Positions 1-9,921 of a DNA stretch of 64,000 nucleotides are shown here, piece after piece (the first letter of the stretch is position 1; every line of letters starts with the position of its first letter). The DNA is from Hyphomicrobiales bacterium (lineage in GTDB: Bacteria; Pseudomonadota; Alphaproteobacteria; Rhizobiales; UBA4765). The translations under genes and the position numbers were made by a program. Under the pieces are notes generated by a model. The model did not search any database. It worked only from the letters and a program-made list of their open reading frames with translations, and was not told where the DNA came from. The DNA lies in assembly GCA_019748135.1 (NCBI GenBank), contig JAIEPZ010000023.1, positions 14,742 to 78,741 of the forward strand, written 5' to 3'.

Positions 1-94
1 TCTCGTATACCCAAAGCCGTCCGCGGCCGGGAGCGAGATCAGGTCCCGCATACTCGCCTCCCGCGCCGCCGGACATTTACGAAACGATTTCCCC

Positions 95-1582
95 ATGAGT
101 GATGTATCGATATCAGCGCCGCTGGCCGGGCCGTCAGGGTCCTTGTCACAGCGGGGGCTTGCAACCGGGCAAACCGCGCCGGTGTCCTTGTCCGCCGTGA
201 GCTTGATTGCGCGTGCGGTCGACTGCGCGTTTCTGATCACGCTCGGCCTTGCCGTACGCAGGCTCTATGATACCGGTGAACAGGACATCGCCATCCAGTA
301 CTGGCTGGCGATCCCGGGGGTCGCACTGCTCACGATCTGGCTGGCCGGCTTGTTCCACGCCTATCGCGGCGCTTCGCTCAAATCATTGCTGGTCAGCATT
401 CCATCGGTGCTTGCGGCCTGGATCATCGCTCTTCTCGTTTTGCTGACGATCGCTTTTTTCCTCCGCGCCGGCAGCGATTTCTCGCGCCTGTGGCTTGGCC
501 TGTGGTTCCTGTCAGGCAGCGCGGGTCTGGTCGCCTCACGGCTCGTCTGGCGCACCCGGATCACCGCACTTGCCAACAGCGGCAGGCTCGATCGCAACGC
601 CGTCATTGTGGGCGGCGGCGACAGCGCCATACGCCTCATTCGCGCCCTCGAGACATCGAGGACAGCGGGCATCCGTATTGTCGGATTGTTTGATGATCGC
701 GGCCACGACCGCAGCGCGGTCGCCAATTACCCAACGCTTGGTTCATTTGATGATCTTGTAGCCTTTGCCCGCACGTCGCGCGTCGACCTTCTCATCATCG
801 CCCTGCCGATGACGGCAGAAGCGCGGCTGATGCATTTGTTGAAAAAATTATGGGTGCTGCCGGTTGATATCCGCGTCTCGGCGCTGTCATCGCGCCTGCG
901 TTTCCGTCCCCGCGCCTATTCCTATATCGGTGACGTGCCGTTCCTCGATATTTTCGACAAGCCCCTGTCAGCAAGCGGGGCGATCGCCAAGACAGTGTTT
1001 GATCGCGTCATCGGCGTGCTCGCGCTGATCGCCCTGTCACCGGTCATGGCCGCCGTGGCGCTCGCGGTGAAGGTCACGTCACCAGGGTCGGTTCTCTTTC
1101 GCCAGAAGCGCTATGGCTTTAACAATGAACTGATTGAAGTCTACAAATTCCGCTCCATGTACAGCGAGCAGAGCGATGCCAATGCAACGCGGCTGGTGAC
1201 CAGGGGCGATCCGCGGGTGACGCCGCTTGGCCGCTTCATCCGCAAAACATCGCTCGATGAATTGCCGCAACTCTTCAACGTGGTCTTCAAAGGCAATCTG
1301 TCATTGGTCGGACCACGACCGCATGCCGTGCACGCCAAGGCAGCGGACGCGCTCTACCAGGACGTTGTCGATGGTTACTACGCCCGCCACAAGATGAAAC
1401 CGGGCATCACCGGCTGGGCACAAATCAATGGCTGGCGCGGAGAAACCGACACGCCTGAAAAAATCCAGCGCCGCGTCGAATGCGACCTGCATTACATCGA
1501 GAACTGGTCGATCCTGCTCGATGCTTACATCCTGATGATGACGCCGATCTCGCTCATCAGCAAATCCGAGGCGGCCTATTGA
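95..1582 (+). CDS. Undecaprenyl-phosphate glucose phosphotransferase (WcaJ/UppE-like initiating glycosyltransferase)
   Basis: Four N-terminal TM helices, CoA-binding-like domain (IVGGG) and C-terminal Bac_transf motifs KFRSM, D.RVT..GRFIRKTSLDELPQL, SLVGPRP, KPGITGWAQING.RG. Confidence 0.93.
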   Translation: MSDVSISAPLAGPSGSLSQRGLATGQTAPVSLSAVSLIARAVDCAFLITLGLAVRRLYDTGEQDIAIQYWLAIPGVALLTIWLAGLFHAYRGASLKSLLVSIPSVLAAWIIALLVLLTIAFFLRAGSDFSRLWLGLWFLSGSAGLVASRLVWRTRITALANSGRLDRNAVIVGGGDSAIRLIRALETSRTAGIRIVGLFDDRGHDRSAVANYPTLGSFDDLVAFARTSRVDLLIIALPMTAEARLMHLLKKLWVLPVDIRVSALSSRLRFRPRAYSYIGDVPFLDIFDKPLSASGAIAKTVFDRVIGVLALIALSPVMAAVALAVKVTSPGSVLFRQKRYGFNNELIEVYKFRSMYSEQSDANATRLVTRGDPRVTPLGRFIRKTSLDELPQLFNVVFKGNLSLVGPRPHAVHAKAADALYQDVVDGYYARHKMKPGITGWAQINGWRGETDTPEKIQRRVECDLHYIENWSILLDAYILMMTPISLISKSEAAY

Positions 1583-2820
1583 GCGCGCCAGCCGCGATCG
1601 ACAGCATCGCGGCAAGCGCGCTTGCCGGTGTTCGGTTTCGCGATCGACTGCTGTTTGTAGCCGTTCTCGTCAGCTTCTTTGTCATGAAAGATCCGGCGCC
1701 GCACGAGCTTATCGTCAGCGGCGGCATGGTCATCGTTCTGGCGAGCACTCTGCGTCTGCCGCGTTTCATGGTGGCGCTGATGGGGCTTCTGCTTGTTCTC
1801 AACGTATCAGGCATTATCGCCGCCGTGCCGATCATGGAGCGCGCGCGCGTTGCCAATTTTGCCATCACCTCGGTATTCCTCGCGGTGTCGACATTCTTCT
1901 ACGGGCTGCTTCTCAGCGAGAACACCGCAGCGAGATTCGTATTATTGCGCCGCGCCTGGATCATCGCTGCTCTGCTTGCGAGCCTTGCCGCAATTGCCGG
2001 CTATTTCAACATTGCCGGCACCAGCGCGCTATTCACCGCCTATGAGGGAACGAGGGCGAAAGCAACCTTCAACGACCCCAACGTATTCGGGCCGTTTCTC
2101 ATTCCGCCCACATTGTTTATCGCCCAGGACCTGATCCAGGGCGCGCGTAAATTTGTACCAGGTATCGCTTCATTTCTGTTTTTATGTGTTGGGCAATTTC
2201 TCAGTTTCTCCCGCGCCTCGTGGGCACATCTGGTTGGGTCGCTGCTGCTCCTCGCGGTTCTGACGGTCTTGACGACGGGCTCGGCACGCCTGCGCGCGCG
2301 CATTCTGATCACCGGTCTTGCCGGCGTCGTACTTCTCGCAGCTCTGATTGCCATATTGCTGTCGCTTGACAGCGTCGGCAAGGTATTCGCCGAGCGTGCG
2401 TCCCTGCAACAGAGCTATGATCTCAAGACCGGAGGCCGCTTCGACAACTACCTCAACGCCCTCAATGTCCTTCTCGGTGCGCCCTGGGGCCTTGGTCCCT
2501 TCGAATTCGCAGCGCGTTTTGGCGAAGACGCACATAACGCCTATCTCAACACCTTCCTGTCCTATGGCTGGGCGGGCGGTCTGAGTTATCTGGCCTTATG
2601 CATCACCACGGTGATGCTGGCGATCTCGGGAATAAGGCGTGCTCACCCCTTGCGGTCCCATATGATCGTTCTGGTCGCGAGCTTTGTACCTCTTACAATG
2701 GTCAGCTTCATCATCCATACCGATCACTGGCGTCATTATTTCCTGCTGGTTGCCGCCATATGGGCGCTGCGCGGCGCCATGCAACGACCTACGAGTGCCG
2801 TCATGGCAAGGGTGAAATAG
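1579..2820 (+). CDS. O-antigen ligase/Wzy-like membrane protein (UppF-like)
   Basis: About 10-12 hydrophobic segments; RAKATFNDPNVFG, LSFSRASW and DAHNAYL motifs; in-frame TTG at 1579 overlaps the upstream TGA. Confidence 0.8.
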   Translation: MSAPAAIDSIAASALAGVRFRDRLLFVAVLVSFFVMKDPAPHELIVSGGMVIVLASTLRLPRFMVALMGLLLVLNVSGIIAAVPIMERARVANFAITSVFLAVSTFFYGLLLSENTAARFVLLRRAWIIAALLASLAAIAGYFNIAGTSALFTAYEGTRAKATFNDPNVFGPFLIPPTLFIAQDLIQGARKFVPGIASFLFLCVGQFLSFSRASWAHLVGSLLLLAVLTVLTTGSARLRARILITGLAGVVLLAALIAILLSLDSVGKVFAERASLQQSYDLKTGGRFDNYLNALNVLLGAPWGLGPFEFAARFGEDAHNAYLNTFLSYGWAGGLSYLALCITTVMLAISGIRRAHPLRSHMIVLVASFVPLTMVSFIIHTDHWRHYFLLVAAIWALRGAMQRPTSAVMARVK

Positions 2821-2942
2821 ACACATCGGCACCAAATAGACGGAATCACGCGCAAAATCATCGTTGCCGGCCATGACATCAATTGACCGTGCACCGTCAA
2901 CGCGCTTATCGTCATCGCGGTGGGAACGATATGGGGTCAAGA

Positions 2943-3245
2943 ATGGGCGGAAAGACGATTACCCGTGCCGATCTGAGTGATAGCGTTCACCAGCAGGTTG
3001 GTTTGTCACGAACGGAATCAGCGCACCTCGTCGAACTGGTGCTTGGTGAGATCACCGAAGCTATCCTACGTGGCGAAAACGTAAAGCTGTCCTCGTTTGG
3101 ATCGTTTCTTGTCAGATCCAAAGGTCAGCGGGTGGGACGCAATCCCAAGACCGGCCAGGAAGTACCGATCGAGCCGCGCCGCGTGATGGTTTTCAAGGCA
3201 TCGGCGATCCTCAGGCAGAGGGTCAATGGCGAGGCGGATGCGTGA
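2943..3245 (+). CDS. ihfA: Integration host factor subunit alpha
   Basis: KTITRADL...[35 protein letters not shown]; start taken at ATG 2943 (2931 possible). Confidence 0.95.
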   Translation: MGGKTITRADLSDSVHQQVGLSRTESAHLVELVLGEITEAILRGENVKLSSFGSFLVRSKGQRVGRNPKTGQEVPIEPRRVMVFKASAILRQRVNGEADA

Positions 3246-3246
3246 C

Positions 3247-3870
3247 ATGACCGAGGCAGAAGGACGTACGGTGGAAGCCGACAGACCCCAAGCTGCCTTC
3301 CGGACGATCAGCGAGGCGGCAGACGAACTCGATTTACCCCAGCATGTGCTGCGCTTCTGGGAAACACGGTTTACTCATATCAGACCACTGAAACGCGGTG
3401 GCGGGCGGCGCTATTATCGCAAGGACGACGTTGATCTTCTGCGCGGTATCAAGCATCTCCTGTACGGTCAGGGCTACACGATCAAAGGCGTCCAGCGCAT
3501 CCTGAAATCGCAGGGCGTCAAATTTGTCCAGAACGTCGCAAGCAATCCAGCCAGCCTGAAATCGGTTGGCGAAAGCAGCGATCACGCCCATCACGAAGCG
3601 CTTCAATCTGGGCCGACGGAACCGCAAATCGCCGCGGGACAAAGCCAAATACCCGCGATGAATCGCGACAGCGCTGATGTGAAACCAGCCGCGATAGCGA
3701 CGGCCACTGATTTCACGTACCGGCCAGAGGCCCCGTCACCTCATATTTCCGAGGAGGGACGGCGGAGGCTGCGCGCGGCATTGTCGGAATTGATGGAGGC
3801 GCGGCGGCTTTTGCTGCAACCGCGCCCCAGCGCATCGGCGTGGATGTCGGAAGACCTTGATGGTGGATAA
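3247..3870 (+). CDS. MerR-family transcriptional regulator (ihfA-associated type)
   Basis: [39 protein letters not shown]; directly after ihfA; start uncertain (3226-3247). Confidence 0.9.
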   Translation: MTEAEGRTVEADRPQAAFRTISEAADELDLPQHVLRFWETRFTHIRPLKRGGGRRYYRKDDVDLLRGIKHLLYGQGYTIKGVQRILKSQGVKFVQNVASNPASLKSVGESSDHAHHEALQSGPTEPQIAAGQSQIPAMNRDSADVKPAAIATATDFTYRPEAPSPHISEEGRRRLRAALSELMEARRLLLQPRPSASAWMSEDLDGG

Positions 3871-4654
3871 TACGCAACCTTGCGTCATCATCACCGGCGC
3901 GTCGGTTGGGCTTGGTCGTGATTTCGTCCGGCGGATTGCTGCTGAAAAACGCACCATGGTGCTTGTCGCACGCAGCCAGCAGGGTCTTGAGGACGCCGCC
4001 GCAGAAGCGCGAGCGCTCGGCTGCGATGCCCATATACTGGCGCTTGATCTTGGTCTGCCGGAGGCAACGAGCAAGCTGGTTCGCTTCCTTGCTGATGCAA
4101 ACCTTCATTGCGATGTTCTGGTTGCAAATGCCGGATTTGGGGTAATTGGCGATGCGGTCGACATTGGCGTGACCGCTCAGATGGCGCTCCTTGATCTCAA
4201 CATCCGAGCACTCGCCGAGCAGACACTCACCTTTCTGCCGGGCATGGCAAAGCGCGGGCGCGGCGGTGTTTTGCTGGTCGCCTCGACTGCGAGCTATTTT
4301 CCCGGGCCCTACATGACCTGCTACTACGCCAGCAAGGCGTTTGTACGCTCCTTTGGAGAGGCTCTTCATGAAGAAAACAAGGGCAAGGGCGTGACGGTAA
4401 CAACCCTGTGCCCGGGTCCGGTGCGTACCGAATTTTTCGAGCGGGCGGGCATCCAGTCTGAGCTTTTGTTCAAGCTTCTGCCACGCAGCAATGCCGACGA
4501 CGTCGTCAAGGCGGCGTGGGAGGGGTTTCTGGCAGGTAAACGAATTGTCCTGCCCGGCATTTTTACCAAGTTGACCGCGTGGAGCTCGGCACTCTCCCCG
4601 CATTGGCTGGTATTGCCCATCGTCTCGCGCCTGCAACAATACCGGCGGGGATAG
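3857..4654 (+). CDS. Short-chain dehydrogenase/reductase
   Basis: [13 protein letters not shown] and catalytic YYASK motifs. Confidence 0.92.
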   Translation: MMVDNTQPCVIITGASVGLGRDFVRRIAAEKRTMVLVARSQQGLEDAAAEARALGCDAHILALDLGLPEATSKLVRFLADANLHCDVLVANAGFGVIGDAVDIGVTAQMALLDLNIRALAEQTLTFLPGMAKRGRGGVLLVASTASYFPGPYMTCYYASKAFVRSFGEALHEENKGKGVTVTTLCPGPVRTEFFERAGIQSELLFKLLPRSNADDVVKAAWEGFLAGKRIVLPGIFTKLTAWSSALSPHWLVLPIVSRLQQYRRG

Positions 4655-4660
4655 GTGTAG

Positions 4661-5542
4661 TTATTGTGAGTGGGTGCGCTTGCGCTGGGCAGCGATCCGG
4701 CGTTCAAACCAGGCGCGTGCCCGCTCAGCCCAGCCTTCGGGAATCGTATCATGATCGCCGGGATGCAGCGCCAGCGCCAGTTCGCGGCCGCTGTCGCACT
4801 CACTCCATGTGCGGACCCAGTAGACAGCACCGGTCTCGAAATTATCCGCCCGCAGACGGCGACAACCGTCGATTGCCCGCCAGATCTGCAAGCCCTCGAA
4901 GATGTCGCCCTGATAGATTTCCCCGCCGCGCAACGGGCGACCCTCCAGCGGCACCGTCTGATCGCGCCAGCCATGGGTCTGCAGCAGATCGATGGGGCCG
5001 GCGCATGATTTCGGCAATGGACGCCAGAAGCCGCCGGCAAGTGGCGCATAGGCCGCGCCAAGCTGTGGCTCCTTGCAAGCGAGATACCAGACGAGCGAAC
5101 CGCCAATGGAAAAGCCGGTGATCAGCAGGCGATCAGGATCGATACTGAATTGCCCGACTGCGTCAGCGATCACTTCGCGGGCGAAGGCCAGTTCATCGCG
5201 CTGCTGTGGCCCTTCAGGGCGAAACGACCAGCCAGTGCTGAGGAAGCCGGTGGTGCGCACGAGCCCATTGGGCGAAATGATCACATAGCCGGCGTCAACA
5301 AAGGGGCGAAGGTAATGCGCCTTGCTGATGGCGTCAGCGCCAATCCCGCCGGCGCCGTGGAAAAACAGGACCGCCGGACGTTTACCGCCATCAGGAGGAG
5401 GCGTATCAGGGAGAGCTGCGTGGTAGGTGCCCAGCGCGACAATACAGGGTTGATCAGCACCGCCGCAGGATGGCTGAGCCCATGCCGATAGTGGCAAGAT
5501 GGTGCACAAAGCGAGCAGACCGCGCAATCCGATACCCTTCAT
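4661..5542 (-). CDS. Secreted alpha/beta-hydrolase (PHB-depolymerase/LpqC-like esterase)
   Basis: Signal peptide (MKGIGLRGLLALC...AWA), FFHGAGG, nucleophile GFSIGG, HG..D.TVP; GGAGGAG RBS before ATG 5542. Confidence 0.8.
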   Translation of the reverse strand: MKGIGLRGLLALCTILPLSAWAQPSCGGADQPCIVALGTYHAALPDTPPPDGGKRPAVLFFHGAGGIGADAISKAHYLRPFVDAGYVIISPNGLVRTTGFLSTGWSFRPEGPQQRDELAFAREVIADAVGQFSIDPDRLLITGFSIGGSLVWYLACKEPQLGAAYAPLAGGFWRPLPKSCAGPIDLLQTHGWRDQTVPLEGRPLRGGEIYQGDIFEGLQIWRAIDGCRRLRADNFETGAVYWVRTWSECDSGRELALALHPGDHDTIPEGWAERARAWFERRIAAQRKRTHSQ

Positions 5543-5678
5543 CTGCTCCTCCCACCTGATCGCCTGTACGTCGATAGCTGATTTTGTCTGATCAAACAGC
5601 TCTCTTGTCTGTGAAGCGATGGCGGCGGGTGGTAATTCACAGGCTTCGCGGACGCGGCTGAGGGAAGGACAGGGGCGG

Positions 5679-6584
5679 ATGGACAGGCTTGCATGCGACC
5701 GGATGTTTGTTGCCGTTGCTGAAGCCGGCAGCTTTGCCGGCGCCGCGACAAGGCTCGCGACCAGCCCCGCACAGGCGTCAAAACTGGTGGCGCGTCTGGA
5801 AGCCGATCTCGGCACCCGTCTCCTTGACCGCACGACGCGCAGCCTGTCGCTCACCGATGCCGGGCGCGGCTATCTTGACCGGATCAAGGGGCTGCTTGAC
5901 GAATTCGATGCGCTCGATACGGCGATGCGCGAAGCAACCAGCGAGCCGGCTGGCAGGCTGCGGATCACTGCGCCGCTATCCTACGGGTCGACGCGTCTGA
6001 CGCCGGTCCTTCTGGCATTGGCGCAAACCTATCCGCGACTTGCCCTCGACATCAGCTTTAGCGACCGCATCGTCCATCTTGTCGAGGAAGGTTTTGATGC
6101 GGCGATCCGCATCGGTGACACAGGTGATACGTCGCTTATTGCACGAAAGCTCGCGGAGATGACGATCACGGTCGTTGCCGCTCCCGCCTATCTCGCGAGA
6201 GCCGCAACGATCGCCAGACCAGGTGATCTGGTGCATCATCCCTGCATCATCGACAGCAATTTTCGCACCCCCCTCAACTGGTCGTTCCGTGATCCCGGGA
6301 ACGGCAAGGTCTTTGCGGTCGAGGTCGCGGGGCGCCTGCGCTTCTCGCAGGCGGAGGCCTGTGTCGAAGCCGCACGCCGGGGCTTTGGCATTGCGCGCGT
6401 GCCGGGTTTTGTTGCGGAAGGCGCGATCAGGCAAGGTGACGTCGTTGCGCTTCTCGCCAACTATGCGCCGGTCGCTCTGCCGGTCAACATCCTCTATCCG
6501 CCGGGGCGTTATATAGCGCGCAAATTACGCGTATCCATTGACTATCTGGTTACGGCGTTGGGACAATCCGTAGGCCGGGAATAA
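5679..6584 (+). CDS. LysR-family transcriptional regulator
   Basis: HTH (GSFAGAA.RL...ASKLVARLEADLG.RLLDRTTR) and CrgA/DmlR-like effector domain (EEGFDAAIRIG). Confidence 0.93.
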   Translation: MDRLACDRMFVAVAEAGSFAGAATRLATSPAQASKLVARLEADLGTRLLDRTTRSLSLTDAGRGYLDRIKGLLDEFDALDTAMREATSEPAGRLRITAPLSYGSTRLTPVLLALAQTYPRLALDISFSDRIVHLVEEGFDAAIRIGDTGDTSLIARKLAEMTITVVAAPAYLARAATIARPGDLVHHPCIIDSNFRTPLNWSFRDPGNGKVFAVEVAGRLRFSQAEACVEAARRGFGIARVPGFVAEGAIRQGDVVALLANYAPVALPVNILYPPGRYIARKLRVSIDYLVTALGQSVGRE

Positions 6585-6657
6585 CGGTATCGTCATGATC
6601 CATCATGGCTGGCGTCGTTAACAACGCTCACCCTCACCCGATCGCCGGAGTCGGATG

Positions 6658-7542
6658 TTATGGGCGACGAAAAAAATCCCACAGCGTCCGGCTGCCCTCA
6701 ATGTCGCGATTGCGCGGCCCCAGCAGGTTTTCGAGAACCGGCGCTTTGGCGATGGAGGGAAACTGATGCCCGCCACCCGCAATCACGTATGACAGAACCC
6801 TGGCATTGGCTGGACAGGCATAGGAGGTGACGGCGACCGTGCTGCCATCGGTCGGATCGCGATCGGGCAGGGTGCGGCGCGCGTCGATCTCGCCACAACC
6901 ATTGCGGCCACGCCAGAAAGCCACCGCATCTTCATGCCCCAGCGTGACGCCGGGTTGCGATGCGAACGGAGCAAAACGATCCGCCGTCCCGTTCATGACA
7001 AGGAGTGGCACAATGCGCGATGGCCTGCATGCGCGCGCCATGGCGTCAGGGAAATTAGCAATAATCGGTGCTGCGCCGGCAAACAGATCGGCGCGCTCGC
7101 ACAACATGCGATAGGCCATGATGCCGCCATTTGACACGCCGGTGATGTAAACGCGGGCCGGGTCGGCGTAGCCCTGCTCGACAAGGTGCGCGATAAGCGC
7201 GGTGAGAAAAGCCACATCGTCAGTTCCCGGCGGCGGCGACTTCCCACGAAACTGCGCCTGCGGCCTGCCGTCCGCCCAGGCGCGGTTCAACCCGTCCGGC
7301 AGGGCGACCAGGATGTTCTCCTGGCGCACCAGTTCATCCCATCCCGCGTAGCGGGCAAATTGCGCGCCGCTTCCCCTGTTGCCATGGAGCGCCAGAATGA
7401 GCGGAAGGCGCCCCGGTTTTTTCTGGCCCAAGAGCAGATATGTCCGCTCGAAACCCTGTACATTGATGCGCTCGCCTTGCGCTCGTGCCGAGCTGGCGAT
7501 GGCGAGCAGCACAACAAATGACATCGCCGCAATCAGCCGCAT
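6658..7542 (-). CDS. Secreted PHB-depolymerase/LpqC-family esterase
   Basis: Signal peptide, LALHG, DDVAFL, GVSNGG nucleophile, NGTAD, GGGH.FP. Confidence 0.85.
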   Translation of the reverse strand: MRLIAAMSFVVLLAIASSARAQGERINVQGFERTYLLLGQKKPGRLPLILALHGNRGSGAQFARYAGWDELVRQENILVALPDGLNRAWADGRPQAQFRGKSPPPGTDDVAFLTALIAHLVEQGYADPARVYITGVSNGGIMAYRMLCERADLFAGAAPIIANFPDAMARACRPSRIVPLLVMNGTADRFAPFASQPGVTLGHEDAVAFWRGRNGCGEIDARRTLPDRDPTDGSTVAVTSYACPANARVLSYVIAGGGHQFPSIAKAPVLENLLGPRNRDIEGSRTLWDFFRRP

Positions 7543-7617
7543 ATCCACCCCCTGTTTGGCCCTTCCAACGTCCGGCCAGCCATCGCCCGACGCCAAAAAA
7601 GCAAGGGGACGGCGCTG

Positions 7618-8583
7618 TCAGTTGGGCGGCAAGATGTAGCTGCCATCAAAATGCAGGGCGTTGTCGCGATCCCGGGCCAGCAAAAGCGGACCATCGAGAT
7701 CGACGAATTCGGCGCCTTCGGCCAGCGCCAGCGCCGGGCGCATGGCAAGCGACGTCCCGAGCATGCAGCCTACCATGATCTTCAGCCCGCGCTCGCGTGC
7801 TGCGTTCAGCAGTTGCAGCGCGTCCGTGAGGCCGCCCGCCTTGTCGAGCTTGATGTTGATGGCGCTGTACCATGGAGGAAGATGCGCAAGGCTCGCATGA
7901 TCATGGATTGATTCATCGGCGCAGATGGCAATCTGCGTGGTGACGCCCGCGAGTGCACCATCCTCGCCAGCCGGCAGCGGTTGTTCGACAAGTTCGACAC
8001 CCACCGCCTCGCAGGCCGCCAGATTGGTCGCCAATGTCTCGGGCCGCCACGCCTCATTGGCATCAACGATGAGGCGCGCGTGCGGCGCGCCGCGACGGAT
8101 GGCAGAGAGGCGCTCGGGATCACCTTTGCCACCCAGCTTGATCTTGAGGAGCGGGCGCGCGGCAGCCTTCTCTGCGGCCTCAAACATGGTCTGTGGATCA
8201 CCCAGGCTCAGCGTATAGGCGGTGAGAAGCCGTGTCGGCGCCGGCGCGCCGGCAAGCTGGTAAAGCGCTTTGCCAGTTGCATTTGCTTCAAGATCCCATA
8301 GTGCACAATCTATGGCGTTGCGAGCCGCGCCTGCCGGCAGTGCGTAGACCAGCTCGTGCCGCGACAGCCCTCCCCTTATCTGCGGCGCCACGGCTTCGAT
8401 CTGGGCCGCGACGCTGTCGATGCTCTCGCCGTAGCGGGCATAGGGCACGCATTCCCCCTCGCCTGCATGATCGCCTTCACGTACGCGTACAACAACCACG
8501 ACCGCTTCCGTTCGGCTGCCGCGCGAAATGGTGAACGTCCCGGCGATCGGCCAGCGCTCAATGGCAATTTCGAGAGTTCGCAT
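7618..8583 (-). CDS. dgcA: N-acetyl-D-glutamate racemase / L-Ala-D/L-Glu epimerase (enolase superfamily)
   Basis: FTISRGS, ARNAIDCALWDL, LKIKLG, VDANE, EQP, ADES, NIKLDK.GG, VDLDGPLLL; immediately downstream of dgcN. Confidence 0.88.
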   Translation of the reverse strand: MRTLEIAIERWPIAGTFTISRGSRTEAVVVVVRVREGDHAGEGECVPYARYGESIDSVAAQIEAVAPQIRGGLSRHELVYALPAGAARNAIDCALWDLEANATGKALYQLAGAPAPTRLLTAYTLSLGDPQTMFEAAEKAAARPLLKIKLGGKGDPERLSAIRRGAPHARLIVDANEAWRPETLATNLAACEAVGVELVEQPLPAGEDGALAGVTTQIAICADESIHDHASLAHLPPWYSAINIKLDKAGGLTDALQLLNAARERGLKIMVGCMLGTSLAMRPALALAEGAEFVDLDGPLLLARDRDNALHFDGSYILPPN

Positions 8584-8591
8584 CACCAATG

Positions 8592-9617
8592 TCAGCACGC
8601 CCGAAGGGAATGAGGAAAATCACGCCCGATGCGCGCCACGATTGTATCGACGCCGAAGCGGATCGGATCGGTCGCCGGCAGATCGTAAGCGTCGCCAGCC
8701 CTGGCGATGACGGCGCGCGCGTCCTCGTCAGACAAAGCCTCGGTATTGATGGCAATCCCGACCGGCCGGATCGCCGGATTGGTCAATGAGCCGCAGCGGA
8801 TCGTCAGATCAATCACATCCTGAATGGAGGGCAATGGATGTTTGACGCCGCGCATGGTGGTGCGCGTCGGCTCATGGCAGATAACGAAGGCGTCCGCCTG
8901 CGCCCCATGCAGGAGACCAAGGCTGACACCGGCAAAAGACGGGTGGAACAGCGAGCCCTGCCCTTCCACCAGATCCCAGTGATCAGGGTCGGCGGTGGGC
9001 GCAATCCATTCAACGGCGCCCGAGATGAAATCAGCCACCACGGCATCAATGGCAACACCGCGCCCGGAGATGAACACCCCGGTCTGACCGGTTGCCCGAA
9101 AATCAGCACTGAAGCCGCGCTCGCGCATCGCTTTTTCCAGAGCAAGGGCGGTGTATTTCTTGCCAACCGAACAGTCGGTGCCAACCGTCAGCAGCCGCAG
9201 TCCCGGCCGCTTCGTTCCCTTGCCGGTATCAAAGCGCTGATCGGAGTGACGGACATCCAGAAGCTGGCGCCCATGGCGCGCGGCGGCCTCCCTGATCTCG
9301 GGCTTTGATGACAACCGGGTGTGGAGACCACTTGCCACATCAAGCCCGGCCGCGATGGCCTCTACAATTTTAACCGACCAATGATCGGGAAGCACACCTC
9401 CGGCATTGGCAACACCAATGATCAGAGTTTTGACACCCTTCGCTAGCGCCTCGGCAATCGTCATGTCGGGAATGCCCAGATCAGCCTTGCAGCCATCGAG
9501 CCGCAACTGCCCCACACACCACTCGCCGCGCCAGTCGACAATGCCATGCGCCGTCTTCGCCGCCAGTTGATCGGCGACATCCCCGAGAAACATCAGATAG
9601 GGAGGGTTGACGTGCAT
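8592..9617 (-). CDS. dgcN: D-glutamate N-acetyltransferase (DUF1611)
   Basis: AAKTA.G, GTDCSVGKKYT, RATGQTG, IDAVVADF.SGA, EGQGSLFHP. Confidence 0.9.
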   Translation of the reverse strand: MHVNPPYLMFLGDVADQLAAKTAHGIVDWRGEWCVGQLRLDGCKADLGIPDMTIAEALAKGVKTLIIGVANAGGVLPDHWSVKIVEAIAAGLDVASGLHTRLSSKPEIREAAARHGRQLLDVRHSDQRFDTGKGTKRPGLRLLTVGTDCSVGKKYTALALEKAMRERGFSADFRATGQTGVFISGRGVAIDAVVADFISGAVEWIAPTADPDHWDLVEGQGSLFHPSFAGVSLGLLHGAQADAFVICHEPTRTTMRGVKHPLPSIQDVIDLTIRCGSLTNPAIRPVGIAINTEALSDEDARAVIARAGDAYDLPATDPIRFGVDTIVARIGRDFPHSLRAC

Positions 9618-9921
9618 GGCGACCTCATTCGTTGTTCCTGTGCCATCATCGCCCGACTTCGCCACGCTTGCCAATGCACGTTTTGCAAACCAGCGGCGCT
9701 ATTTGGTGCGGACGATCTTTCGGGCGCGTCCACTGTAACGCGGTGCGTTGGCGATGCTGCCGAAAAAATAATGCAAAAATGCATTGGCCGATGCCGGCTT
9801 CTTGCGGCTACCATCAAATCCATCATGGCGTCGTCGTGGGGGCGTAGCCGATCAGGGGCGGAAGGCGCGAGGGCCGCAACGCCTGCGACGTTATCAGGTT
9901 CACCAACAGGGAGTAGTGCCT

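Noticed and set aside
9618-9921. Sigma54 promoter or NtrC site for gltI or dgcN
   Set aside because: Only half-matches (TGGTGCG; TGGCAC without a correctly spaced GC).
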